Both the position numbers and the translations under genes were made by a program. From assembly GCA_963743635.1 (NCBI GenBank), contig CAVUQO010000003.1, positions 544,001 through 608,000 of the forward strand: 64,000 nt of DNA, in the 5' to 3' direction. The notes beneath the pieces are model-generated. The model searched no databases. It worked only from the letters and a program-made list of their open reading frames with translations, and had not been told where the DNA came from. This document shows positions 23,045 through 31,650 of the stretch, piece after piece; position 1 is the stretch's first letter, and the number at the start of each line of letters is the position of its first letter. Origin of the DNA: Candidatus Babeliales bacterium. GTDB taxonomy: Bacteria > Babelota > Babeliae > Babelales > Vermiphilaceae.

Positions 23045-24505
23045 TTATTTGATTTCAGTAAATTCTATTTTCTCATTGCTCAAATAATGCTTCTTCATGA
23101 ATTCAAGCGACTCTTTGCGATTTTTCATTGAAGTCTTGCAGACCGTTTTGCCCAAGTAAAAGAGATTAATCAGATTAATTGTTTCTTTAAATTGGTTATC
23201 ATTTTGCAAGCCTTCTTGTATGCGCGCAGACCAGTTTTTGATCGCTTCAGATTGAGCTGTTTTTTCATCTTTTTTGTTTTCTTTATAATCATGCGGTTTT
23301 AAATAATTTGCAGATGATGCTTCGCGCCCATAGTTTTTGGTAAACCATTCCACTTGTTCTGTCGGTGGATAGGTGCGGTCAATGACGAAATCGGGTTCTA
23401 GGCCGGTTGCTTGGATTGTTGTGTCATTTGAGAAGTAGTAGATGGAAGTCGTCAATTTAAGCGCGCAGTTGTTGCTGATTGGTATCACTTCTTGCACCGT
23501 CCCTTTGCCATGGCTATCTGACCCGACGAGGAATACTTGAAGGTTATTGTTACCGGCATCGGAATGAATACGCAAGCAGCCAGCAAGAATTTCCGCTGCT
23601 GATGCGGTATAGTTATTCACCAGAATAAAGATTGGTGGTGGGTTTTTGACCATAGGATCGCGGCGCGTTACATAACGATCAGTTTCTTTATTGTTTTTAT
23701 TGCGTGACGATACGATATGCGTTCCTTTATCAAGGAATATCCCTGCGATGTCGACCGCTGATGAAAGTAATCCGCCCAGATTATTGCGCAGATCAAGAAT
23801 GAGTGCTTTGTATTCTTTCTTTTTTGAAAGTTCAATTAGTTTTTCTAGCTGCTTTAAGGCATTATCGCTAAAAGAGTTGAGCAATAAATAGCAGATGTTT
23901 TGTTTTTCTAAATAAAATGAGAGTGTATTTTGCTCATTAATAAGATCGCGTGTGATATCAAAGGTGAGTACGTTTTGATTTTTATCACGCATAATTTTCA
24001 ATTGCACCTTGGTGTCGCGTGGGCCTTTAATGCGTGCGGTTGCCTCATCAGTTGTCATGCCATCAAGTGATTTGCCATCAATTTCAACAATCTTATCCAT
24101 CGGCCGCAATTCAGCTTTTTCTGCGGGGCCGCCGGGCACTACGTCAATAATAGTGAGCGTTTTATCTTTTGGTTGGCGTGTATTATCGATTACTACGCCA
24201 ACGCCATAAAATTCACCACTGGTGGCATCGAGAATCATTTTATATGTCTTGGGATCGAGAAACGCTGAATGCTTATCAAGACTGTTTAAAAAAGCATCAA
24301 TTGCCTTGATCATGCAGTCTTCCACGTCATCCGCTTTATAGTGCCGTTGTTTTGTGAGATTTACCGTTTCAGCAAAGGTGCGTGTCCAGTTATAAAAGAG
24401 GGTGTCAAAATCCCCTTTGGGTGTTTCAGGTTTTTCATCTGCGAAGAGGGAAAGCGGGATAAGAAGATGGGTGATGCATAATGCATATTTGAGGGTGTTT
24501 TTCAT
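23045..24505 (-). CDS. ctpA: Carboxyl-terminal processing protease (S41)
   Basis: PDZ domain (GVGV, GGPAEKA), LDLRNNLGG, TASAAEI, GKGTVQ. Confidence 0.93.
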   Translation of the reverse strand: MKNTLKYALCITHLLIPLSLFADEKPETPKGDFDTLFYNWTRTFAETVNLTKQRHYKADDVEDCMIKAIDAFLNSLDKHSAFLDPKTYKMILDATSGEFYGVGVVIDNTRQPKDKTLTIIDVVPGGPAEKAELRPMDKIVEIDGKSLDGMTTDEATARIKGPRDTKVQLKIMRDKNQNVLTFDITRDLINEQNTLSFYLEKQNICYLLLNSFSDNALKQLEKLIELSKKKEYKALILDLRNNLGGLLSSAVDIAGIFLDKGTHIVSSRNKNNKETDRYVTRRDPMVKNPPPIFILVNNYTASAAEILAGCLRIHSDAGNNNLQVFLVGSDSHGKGTVQEVIPISNNCALKLTTSIYYFSNDTTIQATGLEPDFVIDRTYPPTEQVEWFTKNYGREASSANYLKPHDYKENKKDEKTAQSEAIKNWSARIQEGLQNDNQFKETINLINLFYLGKTVCKTSMKNRKESLEFMKKHYLSNEKIEFTEIK

Positions 24506-24600
24506 AGGAAATCCTTTTTGGTAAAATGTAGTTATCAATCATAATAATGATATGATGAAGGCATACGAAATAGTTTGATGCAAAAAGAGAGGTGGCACGC

Positions 24601-25515
24601 ATGGAATCAGAACATATCTCTGCAGATTTAATAAAACAGGTGCATGTACAAGGCAGTCATGAAGATCAAGTGATTATTGTGACTGGATATTCAGGGGCGG
24701 GTAAGAGTTCCGTGCTGCGCACGCTTGAAGATAGTGGCTTTTTGTGTGTGGATAATTTGCCGATTGCATTGCTAGGACAATTTTTCGATCTTATTGATCA
24801 AACAACGATGGGTAAAAAGCGGGTTGCCCTCGGGATCGATATTCGTGGTGGGGATCGCATGGAATCGGTAGTTGAAGCACTGTTGCATATGAAGATTAAG
24901 TTTTCCACCTTAAAAATTCTTTTTTTACGTGCGAGTGCACCTATACTCATGAAGCGATTTCAAGAAACGCGGCGCAAGCATCCGCTTGCCGATAACATTC
25001 ATTTGAGTGATGCGATCGAGCAGGAGCGCATTATGCTGCAGCCGCTCGTTGATCGTTCTGATATGATTTTCGATACCGATCAGCTTACCGTGCATCAATT
25101 GCGCAGTATGATACGTGCAACTTTCTCGCAAGGGCAATCACAAAAAATAGTCGTGAGCTTGATTTCATTCGGATTCAAATATGGTATTCCCACTGAAAGT
25201 AATTATGTATTCGATGTGCGCTCGTTGCCTAATCCCTATTTTGTAGAATCGCTCAAATTGCATACCGGGACCGATGCCTGCATCAATGCATATTTGTTTG
25301 AAAAGCAGCCAGTTCAGGAATATTGGGTCCGACTTATTGATTTTATACGATACGCTATTGCAAAATCATATGAGGAAGGGCGATGTTTTATCAATATTGC
25401 GATCGGATGTACTGGTGGAAAACATCGTTCAGTGGCATTTATTGAAAAAATTGCGCTTGAGGAGATCCCCAATACTCATTTTCTATTGCAGCATCGTGAT
25501 ATAGAGCGGGACTAA
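24601..25515 (+). CDS. rapZ: RNase adapter RapZ/YhbJ/YvcJ
   Basis: TGYSGAGKS, VDNLP, ETRRKHPL, SFGFKYG, GCTGGKHRSV. Confidence 0.95.
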   Translation: MESEHISADLIKQVHVQGSHEDQVIIVTGYSGAGKSSVLRTLEDSGFLCVDNLPIALLGQFFDLIDQTTMGKKRVALGIDIRGGDRMESVVEALLHMKIKFSTLKILFLRASAPILMKRFQETRRKHPLADNIHLSDAIEQERIMLQPLVDRSDMIFDTDQLTVHQLRSMIRATFSQGQSQKIVVSLISFGFKYGIPTESNYVFDVRSLPNPYFVESLKLHTGTDACINAYLFEKQPVQEYWVRLIDFIRYAIAKSYEEGRCFINIAIGCTGGKHRSVAFIEKIALEEIPNTHFLLQHRDIERD

Positions 25516-25573
25516 CCCTTCGATATGGGCGTGCCGCCCTACTCAGGATGAATTAAAAATGTCTCGAATGGGT
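25515..25573. repeat. Short member of the palindromic family
   Basis: acccttcgata...ctcagg...tgtctcgaatgggt termini. Confidence 0.7.
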
Positions 25574-25595
25574 GCGAATAATAAAAGGAGAAGCG

Positions 25596-25877
25596 ATGAA
25601 GAAATTATATGCGTACACGCTCTATACAATACTCGGCGTTGAAGTATTACTGTTTGCAGGTTTCTATTTTCGTGGTCCTCAGGGATTGCAAAAACTGAGT
25701 GGTATGTATGCAGAGCAGGATGTCATGCGTGAGGAAGTAGATAAGATCAATCAAGAAGTTGCAGCATTGAAGCATGATATTGATGCGTGGCAAAAACATC
25801 CATTTCATAAAGAAAAAATTGCACGCGAACAATTACAAATGGCTCGTACTGATGACGAAGTGTTTTATTTGACATAA
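25596..25877 (+). CDS. ftsB: Septum formation initiator FtsB/DivIC family
   Basis: TM followed by GPQG, coiled coil, EKIAREQLQM...E. Confidence 0.8.
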   Translation: MKKLYAYTLYTILGVEVLLFAGFYFRGPQGLQKLSGMYAEQDVMREEVDKINQEVAALKHDIDAWQKHPFHKEKIAREQLQMARTDDEVFYLT

Positions 25878-25914
25878 AATATAGAAAAAATTGAATTAGA
25901 TAATTCTTCCCCTA

Positions 25915-26042
25915 ACCCATTCGATATTTTCCTCTCCTTACGGAATCGAAAAATCCTCAGGGCGAACGGGGATGGATATTATTTCCGTTCGCCCTGAGGA
26001 TTCTGAGTTGAGTGTAGCGAAACGAAGAATGTCTCGAAGGGT
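25915..26042. repeat. Full palindromic REP-doublet/MITE-like element
   Basis: Terminal acccattcga / tcgaagggt; internal inverted repeat tcctcagggcgaacgg / ccgttcgccctgagga. Confidence 0.85.
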
Positions 26043-26084
26043 AAAACGGAAGTAAGTAATATACACCCTTTAAAAAGGAATATC

Positions 26085-26699
26085 ATGTTTTATACCCTAC
26101 CAAAACTACCCTATGCCTATGATGCATTAGAGCCGCATATCGATGCGCGTACTATGGAAATTCATTATACCAAGCATCATCAAGCCTACATTGATAATCT
26201 CAATGCTGCGCTTGCAAAACATCCTGCAATTGCAGAAATACCGTTGTATGAGTTACTTTCAAATATGGATCAAGTGCCCCATGATATTCGCACGGCGGTA
26301 CAGAATAATGGCGGTGGTCACTATAACCATACTTTTTTCTGGGCCATCATGAGCCCTAATGGCGGCGGTGAACCAAAAGGAAGCGTCGCAGATGCCATCA
26401 ATAAAAAATTCGGTTCATTTTATGCATTCCAAGAGCAGTTTAATGCGGCAGCAAAGGGCGTTTTTGGCAGCGGATGGGCGTGGCTTGGAATCGATAAAAT
26501 GGGGCAGCTCATGATCATATCAGCACCAAATCAAAATGCGCCTATCATGCAAGGCATTAAGCCGATACTAGGCCTCGATGTCTGGGAGCATGCCTACTAC
26601 TTGAAATATCAAAATAAGCGTCCCGATTATATTACTGCATGGTGGAACGTGGTGAACTGGGAGCAGGTCGGGGAACACTTTGAATTGATAAGTCGCTAA
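26085..26699 (+). CDS. sodA: Mn/Fe superoxide dismutase
   Basis: [37 protein letters not shown]. Confidence 0.95.
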   Translation: MFYTLPKLPYAYDALEPHIDARTMEIHYTKHHQAYIDNLNAALAKHPAIAEIPLYELLSNMDQVPHDIRTAVQNNGGGHYNHTFFWAIMSPNGGGEPKGSVADAINKKFGSFYAFQEQFNAAAKGVFGSGWAWLGIDKMGQLMIISAPNQNAPIMQGIKPILGLDVWEHAYYLKYQNKRPDYITAWWNVVNWEQVGEHFELISR

Positions 26700-26789
26700 G
26701 ACAAGGTCATAGAAAAAAAGAAAAAATGGGCTATGCTGATAGAAATATCAGAAAGCCCATTTATATTGTTTATATAGGTACAAAGATCC

Positions 26790-28295
26790 ATGGAAAATCC
26801 AAGAGACCATTTAGAGCATGAAGCGCAAGAACATGCTTCCGGTGAACATAAAATTCGTCTTGAAAAAGTAGCTGCCCTTGAAAAAAAAGGCATACCCGTT
26901 TGGCCAGAAGCCAAATCGGTAGATTCAACGGCCCATGACGTGCTCGCCAATTTTCAAGAGGGAGTAGAATCAGGCTCATATACTCTCGCAGGTCGCCTCT
27001 TGGCGCGTCGAGAGCATGGTAAATCTGCTTTTGGGCGGATCCAGGATCGTACGGGTGATATACAAATTTATATCAAACAGGATGTAGTCGGCGATGAGCT
27101 ATTCAATCTGTTTGCACACTTCATTGATGTCGGGGATATTCTTTGGGTCAGCGGGCCTGCATTTAAAACAAAGACTGGTGAAATCACCATCAAAGTTGAG
27201 TCCTTCTCACTTTTAAGCAAGTGCCTGTATCCATTACCAGAAAAATTTCATGGCTTAGTTGATATTGAAACCAAATATCGCCAACGCTATCTTGATCTGA
27301 TTGCTAATAAAGATAGTCGTGAGCGTTTTAGACGTCGTTCTGAAATTATTCGTGCGATGCGTGCCTTTTTTGATCGACACGATTTTCTTGAAGTTGAAAC
27401 TCCGATGCTTCATCCCATTCCGGGTGGTGCAGCAGCGCGTCCATTCGTCACTCATCATAATGCGCTCGATGCTGAATTATATTTGCGCATAGCGCCAGAG
27501 CTTTACTTCAAGCGTCTTGTTATCGGCGGTTTTGAACGGGTCTACGAGATTAACCGCAACTTCAGAAATGAAGGTATTTCAACACGACACAATCCTGAAT
27601 TCACGATGGTTGAGTTTTATATTGCACATCATGATTATCATTTTATGATGGATTTCATTGAAGCTTTATTCAGAGAAATTGTGCAAAAAGCATGCGGTTC
27701 TCTACACGTTCCTTTTGGTGATTTAATCATTGATTTTGAAAAGCCATTTGCACGCTTACGTATGAAAGATGCGGTCATGCAATATGGTGATTTCAGCGAT
27801 GATGAATTGAGTGATGCCAATATTGATAAAGCGTTAAAATCTCGCTCAATAACCCTAGAGAACAAAAATGCTTCATGGGGTGAAAAACTGTTCGCCTTAT
27901 TTGAAGCATTTGTAGAATCAAATTTGAAACAACCAACGTTCATTATCGATTATCCAATAGAAGTATCTCCGCTTGCAAAACGTGATACACAAAATCCTGC
28001 GATTGCAGCGCGATTTGAAATGTTTATTGCGGGCATGGAAATCAGTAATGGCTTTAATGAGTTAAATGATCCGTTTGATCAAGCTGAGCGCTTTAAACAG
28101 CAAGCGCAAGCGCGCACAACAGGCGATACTGAAGCGCACCATTATGATGCTGATTTTATTCATGCATTAGAATATGGTTTGCCGCCAACCGTTGGTGCGG
28201 GGATTGGTATTGATCGTTTGGTCATGCTGTTGACCAATACTACTTCAATCAAAGATGTGATTTTATTTCCGACCTTAAAACGCAAAGAAAGTTAG
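26790..28295 (+). CDS. lysS: Lysine--tRNA ligase (class II)
   Basis: OB fold, GGAAARPF, YLRIAPEL, RNEG, HNPEF, GIGIDR. Confidence 0.97.
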   Translation: MENPRDHLEHEAQEHASGEHKIRLEKVAALEKKGIPVWPEAKSVDSTAHDVLANFQEGVESGSYTLAGRLLARREHGKSAFGRIQDRTGDIQIYIKQDVVGDELFNLFAHFIDVGDILWVSGPAFKTKTGEITIKVESFSLLSKCLYPLPEKFHGLVDIETKYRQRYLDLIANKDSRERFRRRSEIIRAMRAFFDRHDFLEVETPMLHPIPGGAAARPFVTHHNALDAELYLRIAPELYFKRLVIGGFERVYEINRNFRNEGISTRHNPEFTMVEFYIAHHDYHFMMDFIEALFREIVQKACGSLHVPFGDLIIDFEKPFARLRMKDAVMQYGDFSDDELSDANIDKALKSRSITLENKNASWGEKLFALFEAFVESNLKQPTFIIDYPIEVSPLAKRDTQNPAIAARFEMFIAGMEISNGFNELNDPFDQAERFKQQAQARTTGDTEAHHYDADFIHALEYGLPPTVGAGIGIDRLVMLLTNTTSIKDVILFPTLKRKES

Positions 28296-28302
28296 TAGTA
28301 TC

Positions 28303-30105
28303 ATGAATTCGACCCTTCGACCCATTCGCCAAGATCAGGGTCAGGATAAGCGATCTCGGATTCGTGGGGCGAAATATCTATGGAATATACCGAACGATGA
28401 TCGTGCGCGTACGCTTTCCATAGCATCTACCTACAATCTTTCTATTCCAATTGCTCAAACACTCGTTACTCGCGGGATTGTTGAAAAAGAGCAGTTGGAC
28501 GCTTATCTTTTTAGTTCCTTTGAGCGTGACGTTGCGCATCCTTCGCTTATGAAAGATGCTCAGAAAGCGGTCGAGCGTATTTTACAGGCAATTGAAAATC
28601 AAGAAAAAATACTTATTTTTGGTGATTATGACGTGGATGGTATTACGTCATCTTCGCTTATGCTGATTTGTTTGTTACCGCTTGATGCGCAGGTAAATTT
28701 CTTTTTGCCCAACCGTGTGCGTGATGGCTATGGTCTTTCAATCAAAGGGGTTGAGCGTGCAGCGCAGAATGGGTACAAGCTCATCATTACCGTTGATAAT
28801 GGTATTACGGCAATTGAGCCAGTAAAACGAGCGCGCGAGCTTGGCGTTGACGTTATCATCACCGATCACCACAGACCGCATGATCACGTGCCTGATGCAT
28901 ACGCAGTAGTGAATCCCAATCAGATTGATTGTCCGTATCCATTTAAGGTGCTTGCGGGTGTTGGCGTCACTTTTAAACTCCTCTCGCTGCTCTATGAAAA
29001 AAAAGGTTTGCAGATGCCATCAAAAGCATATGAACTGTTGCTGCTCGGCACAGTCGCTGACGTGGTGCCACTGCATGGAGAAAATCGTTTTTGGGTGCGT
29101 CATGGATTACAGTATGTTAATAGTGTTGAAAGTTTAGCGCTGCGTGTACTCAAAGCGAATGCGAGCTTCACCAAGGCATCAATGTCTGCAACCGATATTG
29201 GTTTTTCTATTGCGCCGCAACTCAATGCATTGGGACGTCTTGAAGATCCTCGTCGCGGCGTTAAATTTTTGATCGGTTCTGATGAACAGGAAACAGAACA
29301 AGTCGGCAAGGTACTCTTTGAACTGAATCAAGCGCGTAGAGAAATTGAGCGTTCTATTTATATGGATGTTGAAACGCAGATTCTTGAAAAGAAGATCGAT
29401 ATCGAGAAAGAAAATGTCATCATTGCGGCAAGTGATTCATGGCCTCCTGGTGTTATTGGTTTAGTGGCGTCTCGCTTAGTGGGGACGTATGGTAAGCCAA
29501 CGATATTGCTCCATATCACTAAAAATGGTATTGCAAAGGGATCATGCCGTTCAATTCCTGAATTTAATTTGTTTGATGCGCTGAGTGCATCTGGGCATTT
29601 GCTGGAACAGTTTGGTGGACATTCATTGGCTGCCGGCCTTTCGCTGAAATTAGAAAATGTTTCTGCATTAAAAGCGGCGCTTGAAAAGCGGGTTGCTGAA
29701 CAACTAACAGCAGAGGATCTAACGTTAAAATTATCAGTTGATGCGGAATTATCATTGGGTGATGTTTCGAAAAAATTCATGGCGGATATGAGTTTCTTGC
29801 AACCATTTGGTAATGAAAATGCAGAACCGGTCTTCTATCTCAAAAATGTGGTGCTCGTGCAAAAACCACAGTTGCTCAAAGATGTGCATGTGAAATGTAC
29901 GATATTTGCCGATGGTGTGGTAAAGCCGGTTATATTTTTCAAACGGCCCGATTTATTTGAACTCCTCAATCAGCAAGGTGAAGAGCCATTCGATTTAGCT
30001 GCGCAGATTAGTGAAAATCATTGGAATGGCAAGGTGTCTCTTGAATTAATGGGGCTTGATGCATCATTTAAAAAAATGAAGGAACAAGATGGTCATAACA
30101 ATTGA
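28303..30105 (+). CDS. recJ: ssDNA exonuclease RecJ
   Basis: GDYDVDG, TVDNG, TDHH, GSCRS, GGH. Confidence 0.95.
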   Translation: MNSTLRPIRQDQGQDKRSRIRGAKYLWNIPNDDRARTLSIASTYNLSIPIAQTLVTRGIVEKEQLDAYLFSSFERDVAHPSLMKDAQKAVERILQAIENQEKILIFGDYDVDGITSSSLMLICLLPLDAQVNFFLPNRVRDGYGLSIKGVERAAQNGYKLIITVDNGITAIEPVKRARELGVDVIITDHHRPHDHVPDAYAVVNPNQIDCPYPFKVLAGVGVTFKLLSLLYEKKGLQMPSKAYELLLLGTVADVVPLHGENRFWVRHGLQYVNSVESLALRVLKANASFTKASMSATDIGFSIAPQLNALGRLEDPRRGVKFLIGSDEQETEQVGKVLFELNQARREIERSIYMDVETQILEKKIDIEKENVIIAASDSWPPGVIGLVASRLVGTYGKPTILLHITKNGIAKGSCRSIPEFNLFDALSASGHLLEQFGGHSLAAGLSLKLENVSALKAALEKRVAEQLTAEDLTLKLSVDAELSLGDVSKKFMADMSFLQPFGNENAEPVFYLKNVVLVQKPQLLKDVHVKCTIFADGVVKPVIFFKRPDLFELLNQQGEEPFDLAAQISENHWNGKVSLELMGLDASFKKMKEQDGHNN

Positions 30106-30760
30106 TGGTCCATCAGCGAGCGGCAAATCGACTGCTGCTCAGGAACTTGCAAAAGAATTGGGCTTTTATTATCTCAATTCAGGATACTTGTATCGCGCAC
30201 TTGCTTATGTATTGATAACGCGCGAATCATATACGTTTGAAGAGCTTGCACATCCTCATCCTGAGGATCTTGAGCGCTATCTGAATGAAGAAGGTTTTTC
30301 ATATGAGTATGATGATGGAAGAGCGAGCATTATATTTGAGGGCCAGGATATTACAGCCCATCTCAAAACTCCTGATGTTGATCAAGGCGCGTCAATCTTG
30401 AGTCTCAATGAAGAGGTTCGTGATGTATTGATGCAGGTACAGCGTAGAATTGCGCAGAAACATGATATCATTGTCGAAGGACGCGATACCGGATCAGTAG
30501 TTTTTCCCTCAGCCGATTATAAATTTTTCCTAACAGCCTCGATGCAAGAGCGCGCAAGCCGTTGGCAGCATATGCAAGCAATGCGCGGCATATCCTATAC
30601 CACTGAACAGTCATTAGAAGCATTAGATGAACGAGACACGCGTGATAAAGAACGGGCCATTGCGCCCTTGCATGTGCCTCATGATGCCTTCATTATAGAT
30701 TCGACTGATCTAACTTCGAACCAAGTGGTTCAAGAAATGATGAAACATATTTGTGTATAA
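30089..30760 (+). CDS. cmk: Cytidylate kinase
   Basis: TIDGPSASGKST, SGYLYR, EGRDTGSVVFP. Confidence 0.95.
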   Translation: MVITIDGPSASGKSTAAQELAKELGFYYLNSGYLYRALAYVLITRESYTFEELAHPHPEDLERYLNEEGFSYEYDDGRASIIFEGQDITAHLKTPDVDQGASILSLNEEVRDVLMQVQRRIAQKHDIIVEGRDTGSVVFPSADYKFFLTASMQERASRWQHMQAMRGISYTTEQSLEALDERDTRDKERAIAPLHVPHDAFIIDSTDLTSNQVVQEMMKHICV

Positions 30761-30761
30761 A

Positions 30762-30809
30762 ACAAAACGAGCGTTGTGAAATAAATTCATAACGCTCGCT
30801 TTGTTTTTC
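30762..30809. terminator. Bidirectional terminator
   Basis: cgagcgttgtgaa / ttcataacgctcg stem. Confidence 0.7.
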
Positions 30810-30829
30810 TGGGCTTGTTTAGCAGTCGA

Positions 30830-31156
30830 CTACCACATTGATGTTGATTTCTTGCCTTCGTCTTTCATTTCGCCTTTTTTACCGTGATGTTTTTTGTGGT
30901 GTTTGTCGCCATCTTTTTTCATGCCTTTTTCTTCTTCTTTTTTACCGTGGTGTTTTTTGTGATGTTTGTCACCATCTTTTTTCATGCCTTTTTCTTCTGA
31001 CTTTTTACCGTGGTGTTTTTTTTCTTCTTTTTTGCCTTCTGACTTTCTGCCGTATCCGCCTTTTTTGCCTGCTTTTTCAGAACCTTCGCCCTTTTTGCAA
31101 GCTGGTAAAGCTAGAAGCAAACTTACTGATAAAAGCGCTAGTAATCCCTTTTTCAT
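30830..31156 (-). CDS. Lys/His-rich lipoprotein with 21-aa tandem repeat
   Basis: Lipobox LPAC; KKHHGKKxEEKGMKKDGDKHH repeated. Confidence 0.75.
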   Translation of the reverse strand: MKKGLLALLSVSLLLALPACKKGEGSEKAGKKGGYGRKSEGKKEEKKHHGKKSEEKGMKKDGDKHHKKHHGKKEEEKGMKKDGDKHHKKHHGKKGEMKDEGKKSTSMW

Positions 31157-31373
31157 ACTGTTCTCCTGATTAAAGGGGCTGATATTTTAATGTCATCATA
31201 ATGTGGGATAATATTAAAAAGCAAGAATTTAATGTTATGGAAAAAAATAATTAAAAATATCGCTATATATTAGGGATGTTTGAAAAAGTGGCTGATGGAA
31301 GTAGGGCAACTTTTTGATCGGATCAGGTGTTTTGGTTGGGCGAAAGATATGGAGACAGGAGACTGAAAATAGT

Positions 31374-31414
31374 TCAAGGGATCTTACTGCATTGTGCACA
31401 GTAAGATCCCTTGA
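31374..31414 (-). terminator. Terminator
   Basis: tcaagggatcttactg / cagtaagatcccttga perfect stem. Confidence 0.75.
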
Positions 31415-31429
31415 TTGAATGCTGCTGTA

Positions 31430-31633
31430 TTAGAATTTGCTATTCGCTTCTTCTTTTTGTTCTTCAACAAGTTCAATTGATAAGGTATCAATTTTATTGT
31501 TAATGGTTACGATGTCATCTTTTGCTTTAGGCTGTTTATTTTTTTTAGAGCCACAGGTAGAGCCGCAGCACGCTGGAAGTGCGCTGAGGACCAAGACCAT
31601 AACGCCAAAGAAAGAGTAAGTTAGTTTTTGCAT
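31430..31633 (-). CDS. Small lipoprotein
   Basis: Lipobox LPAC, directly downstream of lon. Confidence 0.6.
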   Translation of the reverse strand: MQKLTYSFFGVMVLVLSALPACCGSTCGSKKNKQPKAKDDIVTINNKIDTLSIELVEEQKEEANSKF

Positions 31634-31650
31634 AAATAAGACCTTTTAGT

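Noticed and set aside
25515..26042. CRISPR array
   Set aside because: Repeats are dispersed and inverted, not regularly spaced direct repeats; no cas genes.
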